A stretch of DNA of 64,000 bases from Mobula hypostoma. Lineage: Eukaryota. The stretch is from the NCBI RefSeq assembly GCF_963921235.1, contig NC_086110.1:15004001-15068000 (forward strand). The letters run 5' to 3'. The notes beneath the pieces are model-generated. The model saw nothing but the letters and a program-made list of their open reading frames with translations, made no database searches and had not been told where the DNA came from. Made by a program: the position numbers and the translations under genes. Of this stretch, positions 11,748-23,221 are shown in pieces. Positions within the stretch are counted from its first letter, which is position 1; the number at the start of each line of letters is the position of its first letter.

Positions 11748-11783
11748 AGTCCTGACGAAGGGTCTCGGCCTGAAACGTCGACT
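11748..11783 (+). ncRNA. Minimal type-I hammerhead ribozyme motif (intact core)
   Basis: AGTC-CTGACGA-AGG(gtctcgg)CCT-GAAA-C-GTC^GACT: stem I AGTC/GACT, core CUGAnGA...GAAA, GUC triplet, palindromic ACGT stem III. Confidence 0.8.
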
Positions 11784-12714
11784 GCACCTCTTCCTACAGA
11801 TGCTGCTTGGCCTGCTGCGTTCACCAGCAACTTTGATGTGTGTTGCTTGAATTTCCAGCATCTGCAGAATTCCTGTTGTTTGTATTTTTTCTTCCTTATA
11901 TTCCTTCTATAAACAGAACCACAAGAGAGTAAAATCTCTTCTTTAGGAATCAGATTTTGCATCGAATTACTTAATCATTGTATCAGGTGAAGATATCAGA
12001 ATTTCTAAAGCAGTCTCTTCTATACCCCACTTTATAACTTGGTGATTTTGCCATCCTGTAGGAAGGATAGCTCTTTAAGTTTTCCCAAAGCTACACCAAC
12101 TGTTCAGAAAGTGACTAGAAATGACGTCTGTCTCCTAAACAAAGGGATAATGCAAAGTAAGTTTAATCACTTATATAATCAGTGCAGACAGGGAAAATTG
12201 CCCAGTTTGCAATGGAACTGGTTATAACAGGTTCATTCTCTCATTTGCTTCAATATTTCTGGAAACTTTCAATTGAACATATAAACCCAGGGACAAATAT
12301 AAATTAATCAAGCTCTTATCAAAGTACAATTTTTCACTTTGGGATATACACAGCTAGCTATTAGGATGTCTGTGCTGTGCAATCCCAACACTTCTTGGCT
12401 TTAAGATCAAGAGAAGAGGGAAGCTTGCCATTTATAAATTTGTGCTATTTTTGCAGACCAACTAATAAATTCAGCAGGAATCTCTCCACCTGCACTAGCC
12501 ATGATCTCGATCACACAGATATTATTCTCTTTCTGACAGAAGAGAAGGAAAAGCTGGAATGAGAGCATCCCCGAGCACACAGCAGGAAATATATTGTCTG
12601 GAATAACCTGGTTGCTGAGTATAGATGGTACGAATAGGGACAAATGGTTCCTTTCGCCCCTTCCATTTTCTTTTCTTAAGGGGTGTGGGGAGGAATTAAT
12701 CCTCAATTGACTAG

Positions 12715-13220
12715 ATCAAGTTCAAGTTTAATTATCATTCAACCATACATGGATATAGCCAAACAAAATAGTGTTCCTCTGGGGCCAAGATTCAGAACAC
12801 ATTACTAACAGCACACTGCACATATAGTATTGATTGCAGAAAAAGAAATCAATCACAACAAAAACATAGCCGAAGTTCCTGAGTGACTATAGATTGATGG
12901 TAAGTTGTCCTGGTCCAGCTTGATCTTCCACTGAGCAAACACTGGAGGGCAGCACCGATGGGAGAGACCAGCCTCCAACATAGTATGGATTTCAGCATAC
13001 CCAGTCGCCTCTACTCTCTCCCACTGTCTCTGGTGTCTTCTCCACTGGGCAACTGCAACAGGCAACCCAGTGTCAAGAGCCTAGACCTTACCACAACCAA
13101 GGCAACGCAGCTCCCCCACCATCAGTCTCGCCAATAAACCAGTGAATTGGATTTGCAGTATTCTACATTACCAATGTCCAACAGTCTTGTGATCACAATA
13201 AAAATGTCCAAGATGGCACA
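12715..13220 (-). mobile_element. Non-autonomous retroposon (Rex1/Babar-like 3' tail)
   Basis: tcaagttcaagttt tail-type repeat at the left end; TE-like composition; resembles other minus-strand tails in the window. Confidence 0.4.
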
Positions 13221-14169
13221 CAATAAGTCCAGCTCCACCACTATTAAGCACCTTGCTAATGGGGCAGACCTGCAGTTGATGTTCTTAGTATCCAGCAGTG
13301 AATTGTGATTGTAAAAACAACAAAGAATGAAAAACATACCCCGAGTGGCTGCTGTGTCTGAGCATGCCACCATCTTACCACACTTGGGCCCTGATTATGC
13401 ACCGGTCTGAAAGTGCACTCAGGCTCCAAAGCACTGCACATTGAAGGAAACTGACTCTGAGAAAAGTGTGTACACTTGCCATAACTTGACGCAACTATTA
13501 GTGAGATGGGTTGGTGAGATAGGGTTTGTTGTTTTATTCCTGTCATCCCAATCCCTGAGAAATCCGAGCAAGAGAAATGTCTGGGGCGGGGGGGAGGGTA
13601 TAGCGGGGATATGAACAGGAATGAAGCATGTAATAACAAAAAGAATGGGTTTGCATAAGGAAAGACAGAATATCTGATTCACAGATTCAGTTCCAATAAT
13701 CTGAAATATTTTTCACAGTGGGACACAAAATAAATTCAAGATATTATCAAAAATTTGCCATTTTTATACTACAACACCATTGAAGATAAAGTAAATTACT
13801 GCTTGTAATCTTGCCCTCTCCTCTATCATTTATATTCCATGGACTGTTCTTGCAATTTAGAAAGGCAGAAAGCCAATGACCAAACTTTATATTTATCTTG
13901 GAACAAGACTCAGTACTTGTGACTCAATGCAGATGTTTGCTTTGGAATCTCAGCTTCTCTCTCTACTGCACCAAGAATCAAAGATCTGAAACGTTTTCTG
14001 CAAATCATTCAAAATTCACCACTAGAGCCAAAGGCATTGTGAAACGAATAAAAATTTCTCCAATTTGGGTGTAGACAGCGAAGCATAATACACATTGCTA
14101 GTTAACAGCAGTCAATTCAAAGGTAACAGCAGACCCTTGCAAGATTACAGAGCAAGGCAACTGATGGGA

Positions 14170-14228
14170 AGAGTGAGAGAGTGAGAGAGGGAGGGAGAGA
14201 GTGTGAGTGAGGGAGTAAGGGAGGGTGG

Positions 14229-14261
<33 letters not shown>

Positions 14262-14300
14262 TGTGAGTGTGAGTGTGTGTGTGTGCGCGCGCGCGCGCGC
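14170..14300. repeat. Compound (GA)n-(GT)n-(GC)n microsatellite
   Basis: Direct reading. Confidence 0.95.
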
Positions 14301-14379
14301 TGCAGCGGTAGAGTGTACTACAGAGATAAAGTCAGGAACTGAACCTGAATGATGGTAAATGTGTTTAACAAAAGAAAAA

Positions 14380-14622
14380 AATTACTGCAAATGTTGCAAC
14401 TCTTGAACGGAAAATAATGAAACAGTCAACAGACCAAGAGGCATCCAGAGAGTAACAGAGTTAACATTTCACGACAATGAGGTTTTATCGGTCTTGATTG
14501 AGAGTCTCAGTCTGAAATGATGATTGTTATTCCTCTCCTTAGATGCTGCCTGACTTGCTGAGTTCCTCCAGCATTGTGTCTGTTGTTCTGGATTTCCAGC
14601 ATCAGCAGAATCTCTTGTGTTG
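14380..14622. mobile_element. Old degenerate PLE terminal-repeat copy, partly inverted (similar relic ~16925-17140)
   Basis: agatgctgcctgacttgctgagttcctccagcatt...gatttccagcatc matches the PLE 3' end; a reverse-complement-like half lies upstream. Confidence 0.6.
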
Positions 14623-14769
14623 TATTGGATCTTTCATCTGTTGTGATGAAAAGCCATCCATCTGTTAACCATTTTATTCTTTCAAAATAGAGAGAGAAGC
14701 TAATATTTTAGCTCAATGAGTCCTTGCCAACCAACAATCACACATTTACACCTATTCCATTTTAAAAAT

Positions 14770-15000
14770 TCTCCCCACATTCTCATCGACTTCCTCCAGA
14801 TTCTACCTCTCACCCAGACACGAGGGGCAACTTGCAGTGGCCAGTTAAGCTGCCAATGTTTGGGATGTGGGGGGAAACCAGAACACATGAAGGGAACTTA
14901 TTGAGTCAAAGGGAAATTGTGGAAACTCCACATGGCACCTGAGGTCAGGATTGACACTCAACTAGCTGTGTCAAAGTGTGACTCTGTTGAGTGGTGTCAC
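14770..15000 (-). mobile_element. SINE (V-SINE/HE1-like) fragment; related pieces ~27800-27935 and ~58770-58895
   Basis: tgggatgtgggg.gaaacc...aaactccaca...aggattga pattern recalled from fish/shark V-SINE cores. Confidence 0.5.
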
Positions 15001-18000
15001 TTACTTCTAGCATTCTGTTTTTATTCCAGATATCACTCTTATTTATGAGGCCAGAGAAATGGGTGGAAAGAACAAAAGTTAGGATGTGCGGTTGGATGAA
15101 AGACTGGAGGGATTTGTTGATGAAAAAATTATTACAATGCAATCAAAAGCATTGCCAATGAAGAAGGAACAACCAAAACAAGTTGAAAGATGCAGTTTTA
15201 CAATTTCAGTGATAGCATATTATCCAAGCACAGTGATCTTAGCCAATGTGAAGGAATTTAAATATGAAATGAATTCTGTTTTCACATAATGGGAACATTT
15301 AATATCACAGATAAACAAGCTTTAGCAGAGAACTTCAGGAATTAACAGTTATAATGAAGCAAATAGTGAGAGATTGGTTCAAATGTTAAGTGACAATTCA
15401 AGCCAAGAAATTTAGGAAAGTCTTAAAATTGAAGATATTATAAAGAATGCCTGACACATTGAATTCTTTCTGAAATATGCTTCATCATTTTTAGAGGGAT
15501 TAGTTTGATTGAAATAAACGGAATACCAAGCAAGTTGGGGGTTGGATAAAGTTGACTAAATGCATTGAGGGAATTATCTATCAGATTCCTCTATAAACAT
15601 GCAATTTAGTCTGCTTGATCTGTGTTGAGCTCTGCCAGGCAATCTTGTACATCTGTGCTTTCTGGGAAACGAACTGCTTATATACATGGCAGCACTAATT
15701 TTTCATTGTCTCAACTGTATTCGGTTTAGAAGCAAAGTAGCATCCCAATTTTACAGGTCTTGTCCTCCCTAAACACTTATCTTCTGACATAAATTGACCG
15801 TACCACTCTCTTGCCTCTTTACTGCTGTCTAGCTGGAATGAACCACACTCAAAAGCCTTAACTAACTAGCTACCATGAACAATATTTTCTTTGTCTTAAC
15901 TCTTTTTTCTTATATTTTGCCAGTATCAGCCAAAATCATTCCATAACTGCTTTACCATATTTTAGTGATGAGTTAAACTAGCACTGTAGGTCACTCTAAT
16001 GCTGCCTGTAAAAGATCCATAAGCATCACAATTTTCATTCGTGGGGATTAAAGAATGCTAGTTTTGGGTTTTCCTGTATAACATCACCTGATGATAGGTT
16101 GAAAATATTGCTGCTGCAATGATTTAAGTTGCATGTTCTCCCTGCTGCTGACATTTAGACTAGCAGCTGCAACCTCAGCAGCCATTTCTTAAAGAGACAT
16201 GACCATCAGCTGCAGCATTCCGCCAGCTGCAATGGATTGTTGCCACATAATGAATGGATGGACTAATGATAGGAAGGGATGAGCGGGTGTTCTCAGAGAT
16301 GTCAGAAAGATTCAACTTAATTGTTAAACAAATCCCTCCCATCTTCCACCCAACCACACATTCTCCCCTTTGTTCTTTCTATCTATTTTCCTGCCTTCAT
16401 CTAAAAACAAAGAACAGATGCAGGGGACCACAGACAACTCTCCAAGACTACAGCCAGCTACTCCTAGCAAGTGCTTGCTTAAGAGAATTCCATAATGAGT
16501 ACAATGAAGGCTTACACTTTGGGAAACTCTGAATGAATAAATTCTCGTGCCTAATTTGCCTGCTGCTATGAAGGCAGTGAGTGGAAAACTGTGAAATGCA
16601 CCACTAATTAGCTGGTCTGCAGATAGAAGGCTGTAAAAGTTATTGAAGCAGAGGAACATTTCACAATTTCCTGAAAGATCCTAATGAGGATCTCAACCCA
16701 GAGGTTGGTGTAATATTGCTTTACACTAATTTACTTTTTTCTTGAATTCTCAAACTCAGGATGGCTATAGATGCTCAGCCAATGACAGCAGTTAAGGCTG
16801 AGTCTGAGACCATGAGTGTTGGAGCTAGAGGGCGAGGAACAGTGAGCAAAATAAAAGAAAGGCTTAAGATTAGCATGATTTACTGGATGATTATTTCTGC
16901 TCCTTAGATGAAACAATGCAATACCAAACACAAAATGTTGGAAATGTTCAGATTAGGTAGCAACTGCAGAGAAGAAGCAGCTAACATTTCAGTTGGTGAC
17001 ATTTTTAAGTAATGGATGATAATGGAAATGTAACAGATTAAGCAAGTGCAAGGGATTTTCACAGAATCACACAGATGCAGCTGACATGTACACTTACCTT
17101 TTGTTTGCAGCTCAGTTTTCCAGCATCAGCAGCAATCTTTGCTCAATAAATGACCTTGATCAGTTTACAACTGATCAAAGTCAAACCGATTAAACTGCTC
17201 CACTGTTACAAACAGCTTCTATTTCAGAACCACGGATTTCTTTAATTTGTACCCAGTGTTGGTGAACTCCTTGGCTGGACCAGAGTCTATTTGGCAGGAT
17301 TCAATCACCACCAGCAGTCGCTTGTTTTGGTGAAACAGTGCAAAGATTTAAAAAGAGCTCTGGGCCCTTTGGGCAGGCTTCAGTCATTGCGATCTATTAA
17401 GCAGTTGGCCAAGGCCAATAAAAAGTAAGGTTTAAGAGGAGCTGCCATTGTGGGAACAAGGCAATGTTAGAGTGGTTAGTTTCAAGCTTTGGCTCAAGAA
17501 GCTTAGACTTATGCCCTTATAGGATTTAATGAATAGTATCTGCTCCTCACCTCTCCCTAAAATGGGAGTAAGAAATATGAATGTAGAGCAAATCACCTGG
17601 GCAAGCTGGGCACTACCAATAGAAAATTAGAGAACTTGGTTTGTTGTTTTGGAACAGCCAGCAACAGATACCCTGACAGCAATGGTAGGCACTGTCACAG
17701 TGTACATTTATCCAACACTCAAAGAAATCAAGAGAATTTCAGCAACAGGTCTTGAATTCATCACTTTCAAACCCTTAGCACAATGACCCCTACAAAATAG
17801 TATTGTAAAGCATTCTGTAGTTTAAGCACTAGGGAGAAAATCCCATTTTCCTCATTTAGTCTTCTTGAGGAAAAATCAATAATGTATAGGAAAGTGAAAA
17901 TAGGTGGCTCCAATTGTGTGGATATTCACATTATAGCACCATTGTGAGGATACATTGGCTTGTTTGGTGTAATCATTAGGTCACACTCTGAGAAAGAATG

Positions 18001-18044
18001 TGATTACCCCATAAAACTTTGTCAAATCTAGCTTCTTGTCTGGT

Positions 18045-18195
18045 TGGATAGATTTTTGCATAGTTCGGGAATTAAGGGTTATGGAGAATAAGTGGCGATG
18101 AGGCCATGGTCGGATCAGCCATGACCTTACTGAGCAGTGGAGCAGGCTCAATGGGCTGGACGGTCTACTCCTGCTATTTCATATGTTCTTATGTC
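18045..18195 (+). mobile_element. CR1 extreme 3' end
   Basis: gatcagccatga...gcaggctc...ctactcctgc and atgttcttatg tail, matching 8790-8879. Confidence 0.75.
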
Positions 18196-19587
18196 ATTCT
18201 TTTAATATAAACGTGGCTAAGTATGCCGATTGCCATTCCAGATGCAACCCAGTCACAACTCTTCTCTGCATTTGCATTTGATTGCTTTTCAGCTCTGCTT
18301 CCTGGCAGATCAAAAGGTACTGTAAGTAGTAATTAAAAGATCAAACTTGTGCAAGAAAACCTGCTACCATGAGGCACCTGGTCTGGAAACAATGTTGTAA
18401 CTGGCAGGCTGGCTCTCACCTGCCTGGAAGTTCAGTCCGCTGGTGGGATGGAATGTAGTCAAGGACTCTGCAGGAATTATCTGACATATTGGTCTTAAAG
18501 AGAGTGGTTGCAAAGATATTGTAATGAACTTTTACAATCTTATACCATTTTGGAATCAGATTGTCCAGAATTTAACTGGAAAGATGTATGATTTTTGGAA
18601 TATATCTATGACAAGTTGTAGTTTGACTTACCTGTGGGGCACCTCTTCTAATTTAGATATTAGTCTCTGGATGCTGGTGAGAAAGACTTTACAGACTACA
18701 TGAGCACTTCTGTGTTCAAATCTGGTAACTACATCAATAATAGATCCTTTGGTTTTACCCTTACTGTGTCTAGCAAGAATAAATTAAGACTATGAATGCC
18801 ATTTTGGAGGGCAGTTAAATCAATCTCAAAATTAACTTTCTTTAAGTTTAAGTTAAGTTTTCTTGCATTCTTTGTTAATAACTTTTTTTTTAAACTTTGT
18901 CTAACTGGCTGTAAATTGGAAATAAGCCTCAATATTCTACAACAATCTTCATTTTCAGCCTTTGCTAAATGCCATTTGTAGGTTGGAATCAAGCTATACC
19001 AATTGTTTAATGCAAGATTCTTTTTCCATTCATTACGACTAAGCCTCATAACTGCAATTTATTCCTTTCCCAGTTATCTCTAGGCTGCCTTCCTGTATTA
19101 ATCTCCCCATAAATTCCACAACTCAGCCACCCTTGCCTTCTACTTGCCCATCCTGATGGACATGTATAGTGTTTCTGTCGAATACCCTGTATATGGAAAG
19201 GCCAGGCACTCTGAAGTCTCCTGATAACGAACAATTGGAGAAACCATCACTTGAAACGCATACCATGCTTGATGGCTCATGCTTATACAAATGCATCGTA
19301 AATACCTCTTACTTAGCAAAGACGTCTCTGAACATTACTACAATGTGTACTTGCTCCACCTGCAGTGGCACTGTGGATGATGTAATGGCTCTGGTAAGCA
19401 AGGATGAGGAGTTGGAATAAATTCACATACAAATTAGTCTCTGTACAGAAAGCCACCGCATTGACATCCATGCGTGGGAGTTCTGCTAAATGACAGTGTG
19501 ACCATTCTCCCTTGACGGGCTTTTCTGCACACCCTGAGAAAAGAACCAGCCAACTCAAATTGTCACAAACAGGGAATTGGAGTCGGT

Positions 19588-19593
19588 TTTATT
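19588..19593 (-). terminator. Candidate PHAF1 polyadenylation signal (AATAAA on minus strand)
   Basis: tttatt on + strand about 1.55 kb downstream of the stop, in repeat-poor sequence; an alternative lies at 19058-19063. Confidence 0.35.
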
Positions 19594-21145
19594 TATGGTG
19601 CAGAATACATGCTCTTAATGTGCATCTCCCCCTTTTCCCCAAAAAGTTATGTTTTTTTTAAAAGAAAAGTCAGGACAGTGCAGTAAAAGTGAATGAAGAG
19701 GCACATATAGTTCCCATGGTTAAGCAAAGAGCACAGGAGACAGCACTAAACTCAGCTGTTCGGTTAAGAATTAACAGCTATCAGAGAACAGCAATAGCTT
19801 CGAAAGTAAACAGGAACAATAGTCTTTGAACAACATCCATGTGTATTGAGTATAACAGTCTGGAATCGCACAGCTCACACAGGAAGACAGAATGTGAAAT
19901 ATCACAAAAACACAAATCACATATCCCTGCTAGTGGTCCAGAGTGAAAACATTGATTACAATTCAAAATACGTCCTTCTCATTGTTCGGCATTAGACTAT
20001 ACAGGCACTCCCTGTACATTTTGTTAAAATTACAAAATGTATTATTTACAGAATTTTACACACAGTGTAAACACACAAAATTTGTCCATTTATTACAAGT
20101 TGCTACAACATGTGATGTAAAAATGTGTCATGGCTAACAGATTTAGTTAATTTAAAAAAAGGAAAACAATCACTAGTTTGACAAGGGAAAGGCCCGAGTA
20201 CCTTCACATCTTCCCGTGAACGAACATACCTCTCAAGAATACTGCAAACAACAGAAATCTCCACACTGAGCTTGTGTAGCATGCAATCTCTCCCGTGGGC
20301 CGACAAAATCGGCCAGTGGCCAGCATTGTCGCTGGGGCGTGTAGTTCCATCAAATGAAATAGCACTGAGAGATGATGAAACCAAGTGTGTTGAAGATATG
20401 TCTTTGGCATCAAATTAATAATATGCAATTCAAGAAATGGCAGACAGGATTGCATCTTGATTCAATTGAGTGGTGAAGTGACCAAGTCACCACTTCTCCA
20501 CCAAGCAGCAGGACCGGCTGTGTACATGGACTGGACTCCTCTCCACACCCCAGTCTCACCTAATTAGCTGGCACTATACCCTGACACTCCTCCGTGAATA
20601 AAACACATTAATCAAGTAATTAAAGTGTATGTAGTGCAATGATACAAGTTCAATAAAACAAGCTACCGTCTAAGCTACAGAGATAGGCTGTGGCTGAACT
20701 CACAAACAAACTTCCGTCTCTGCATACTGTGCTGGGACACAGAAATATGAGTGTATGGAGTATCACACCAAACAGTAACACATATTAACAGAAACCTGAA
20801 ACACTGCCCTTGAGGCTCAACAACTTGTGCTTCTTGTGTCTGCAGCTCCATTGCCCTCATCCTTGACAGACACAGGACAGGACAGGGCCCCCTTGGTCTG
20901 TGGCGTACGACTGAAGAGAGGAATCGGCGTGATGCAAGCAAGGAGCAACATACCCCATCGCCAGGGTCCCATCGCCAGCGATGAGGTCAGTGACAGACTG
21001 AACACCTCCCCCCCCCCACCCCCCGTACATGTGCGGCCAGGGCTGGTGTGGATCAGATCGTGCTGCTCTATACAATCGCGACAGCAAACCAAGGCACACT
21101 GTACTGAACCGGTTGCATCCTTGTTGGTTCAAATGAGGCAGAGGC

Positions 21146-21235
21146 TCACTGGATCATCTCTGTGTTTCGAGCCTGGCTGTCGGGCCTGGGAGGACTGTAC
21201 AACGTTACTGATGCTATGTGATTGTTCTGCATGAC
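21146..21235 (-). CDS. PHAF1: PHAF1 last coding exon: VMQNNHIASVTLYSPPRPDSQARNTEMIQ*
   Basis: tcgcag acceptor; 30 codons ending TGA at 21148-21146. Confidence 0.93.
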   Translation of the reverse strand, partial: VMQNNHIASVTLYSPPRPDSQARNTEMIQ

Positions 21236-21426
21236 CTGCGAAGGAGATACAGGAACACTTGATGATCTAAACACTTTTAAAATATACAGCAAGGAAAGTT
21301 ATATAACACTATCATATTCATGCTAACTTTGAATTTTCCTTGTGTGATTTTCTCCCCAGACTGGGGTATTTGTGGATATTGTGTACAGACATGTTGAGGT
21401 TCAGAAGGCACATTACTTATTACTCA

Positions 21427-22514
21427 ATCACGAGGAATTCTGCAGATGCTGGAAATTCAAGCAAAACACATCAAAGTTGCTGGTGAACGCAGCAGGCCAG
21501 GCAGCATCTCTAGGAAGAGGTACAGTCGGCTTTTCGGGCCGAGACCCTTCGTCAGGACTAACTGAAGGAAGAGCTAGTAAGAGATTTGAAAGTGGGAGGG
21601 GGAGGGGGAGATCCAAAATGATAGGAGAAGACAGGAGGGGGAGGATGGAGCGAAGAGCTAGACAGTTGATTGGCAAAAGGGATATGAGAGGGAGTACCTG
21701 GGATCCTCAGAAGGTCCAAATTGAGAGGCTCGAAAACGAATCCTAAAGCTAACTGGAGTAAGTTGGCGGCGGAGGCACATTCCAAGAAAGGATATATGGC
21801 TGTGATAGCGAGGCTGAGTCAAAATGTGGTTGAAAAGTTGAAGAGCCGAAGAAATTCCAGAAGGGGAGCAGTGAGAGATGGTTTCACTGAACTTCCGTCG
21901 AAGCGGAGATTTAAACTTCTTCAGTGTAGGCATCACCCGAAGAGGCTTTGCAGTAGTGAATTTAAAAATGCAAACACGAGGAGTTCTGCAGATGCTGGAA
22001 ATCCTCATGTTTGCATTTTTAAATTCACTACTGTGAAGCCTCTTCGGGTGATGCCTACACTGAAGAAGTTTAAATCTCCGCTTCGACGGAAGTTCAGTGA
22101 AACCATCTCTCCCTGCTCCCCTTCTGGAATTTCTTCGGCTCTTCAACTTTTCGACCACATTTTGACTCAGCCTCGCTATCACAGCCATATATCCTTTCTT
22201 GGAACGTGCCTCCGTCGCCAACTTACTCCAGTTAGCTTTAGGATTCGTTTTCGAGCCTCTCAATTTGGACCTTCTGAGGATCCCAGGTACTCCCTCTCAT
22301 ATCCCTTTTGCCAATCACCTGTCCAGCTCTTGGCTCCATCCCTTCCCCTCCTGTCTTCTCCTATCATTTTGGATTCCACCCCCCAACTTTCAAATCTCTT
22401 ACTATCTCTTCCTTCAGTTAGTCCTGACGAAGGGTCTCGGCCCGAAACGTCGACTGTACCTCTTCCTAGAGATGCTGCCTGGCCTGCTGCCTTCACCAGC
22501 AACTTTGATGTGTG
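21427..22514 (-). mobile_element. Internally deleted Penelope-like element, ~530-bp-arm palindrome, in last PHAF1 intron
   Basis: Arms ~21461-21982 and ~22002-22516 are reverse complements; tail ~21427-21460; imperfect TSD ttacttatt(a/g)ctc at 21413-21425 and 22515-22527. Each arm fuses a putative PLE ORF N-terminus (HISFLG.CLRRQLTPVSFRIRF) to the 3' repeat. Confidence 0.88.
22420..22455 (+). ncRNA. Minimal type-I hammerhead ribozyme motif (intact core)
   Basis: AGTC-CTGACGA-A-GGG(tctcgg)CCC-GAAA-C-GTC^GACT. Confidence 0.8.
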
Positions 22515-22659
22515 TTACTTATTGCTCGGTAGCTTTACAGAAATCTCCACAATATAATAACTACATCCAATGCCAGTGGGCAGCTGGCACTTGAGCAAGT
22601 ACATTATATTGTGGAGAGCTCTGGTAGGTAAAGTAACCATGTGGTAAGGAAGACACAGG

Positions 22660-22960
22660 AAACCGCAGATTATCATCTTCCTGATTTGTTAGATTTAGCT
22701 TTTGTAGACCCCTCCCCTACTTCCCACCCATTTGTCTGCTTTCACTTATCACCCACATACCTTTGCCTCCTAGCAGCACCCATCCTCACCATTCTTCACC
22801 CATCCTTGGCCCACCCATCACCCTCTGGCCTGTCTCACTTGGCCCCCTCTCCTTTTTTATGCTATCTTCCCACTGAGTCCTGGTGCAGGGTCTTGACCTG
22901 AGACGTTGACAGACGCTGCTTGACCTGCTGAGTTCCTCCAGCAGTTTTGTTTTTTTGCTG
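22660..22960 (+). mobile_element. Old PLE 3'-repeat copy with degenerate hammerhead
   Basis: agtcctggtgcagggtcttgacctgagacgttgac...gacctgctgagttcctccagca. Confidence 0.65.
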
Positions 22961-23005
22961 GTCGGAAGGTACACCCTGGCCTCGTTTGTCTGTGCACAGT
23001 ATCTA

Positions 23006-23221
<216 letters not shown>

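Larger units (their letters stand above)
10222..11880 (+). mobile_element. Penelope-like element, fold-back (inverted) structure with GIY-YIG endonuclease remnant
   Basis: Arms 10222-~10928 (-) and ~10939-11846 (+) are reverse complements; 34-nt unpaired tail 11847-11880; 13-bp TSD tgtattttttctt at 10209-10221 and 11881-11893. Confidence 0.92.

Noticed and set aside
10222-11880. Interpretation as a DNA transposon with long TIRs or as a homing-endonuclease intron
   Set aside because: The arms contain the 3' part of a PLE ORF, are asymmetric (tail on one side), and have variable 13-15-bp TSDs. There is no transposase or group I intron structure.
10208-11962. Repeated ORFs containing LLVNAAGQAASLGRG or RDAAWPAAFTSNFDV
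   Set aside because: Translations of the non-coding PLE terminal repeat and hammerhead.
21658-22557. Mirror-image 201-aa and 278-aa ORFs as a novel gene pair
   Set aside because: Produced by reading through the PLE palindrome; only the MPTLKKF... segment looks like genuine (element) coding sequence.
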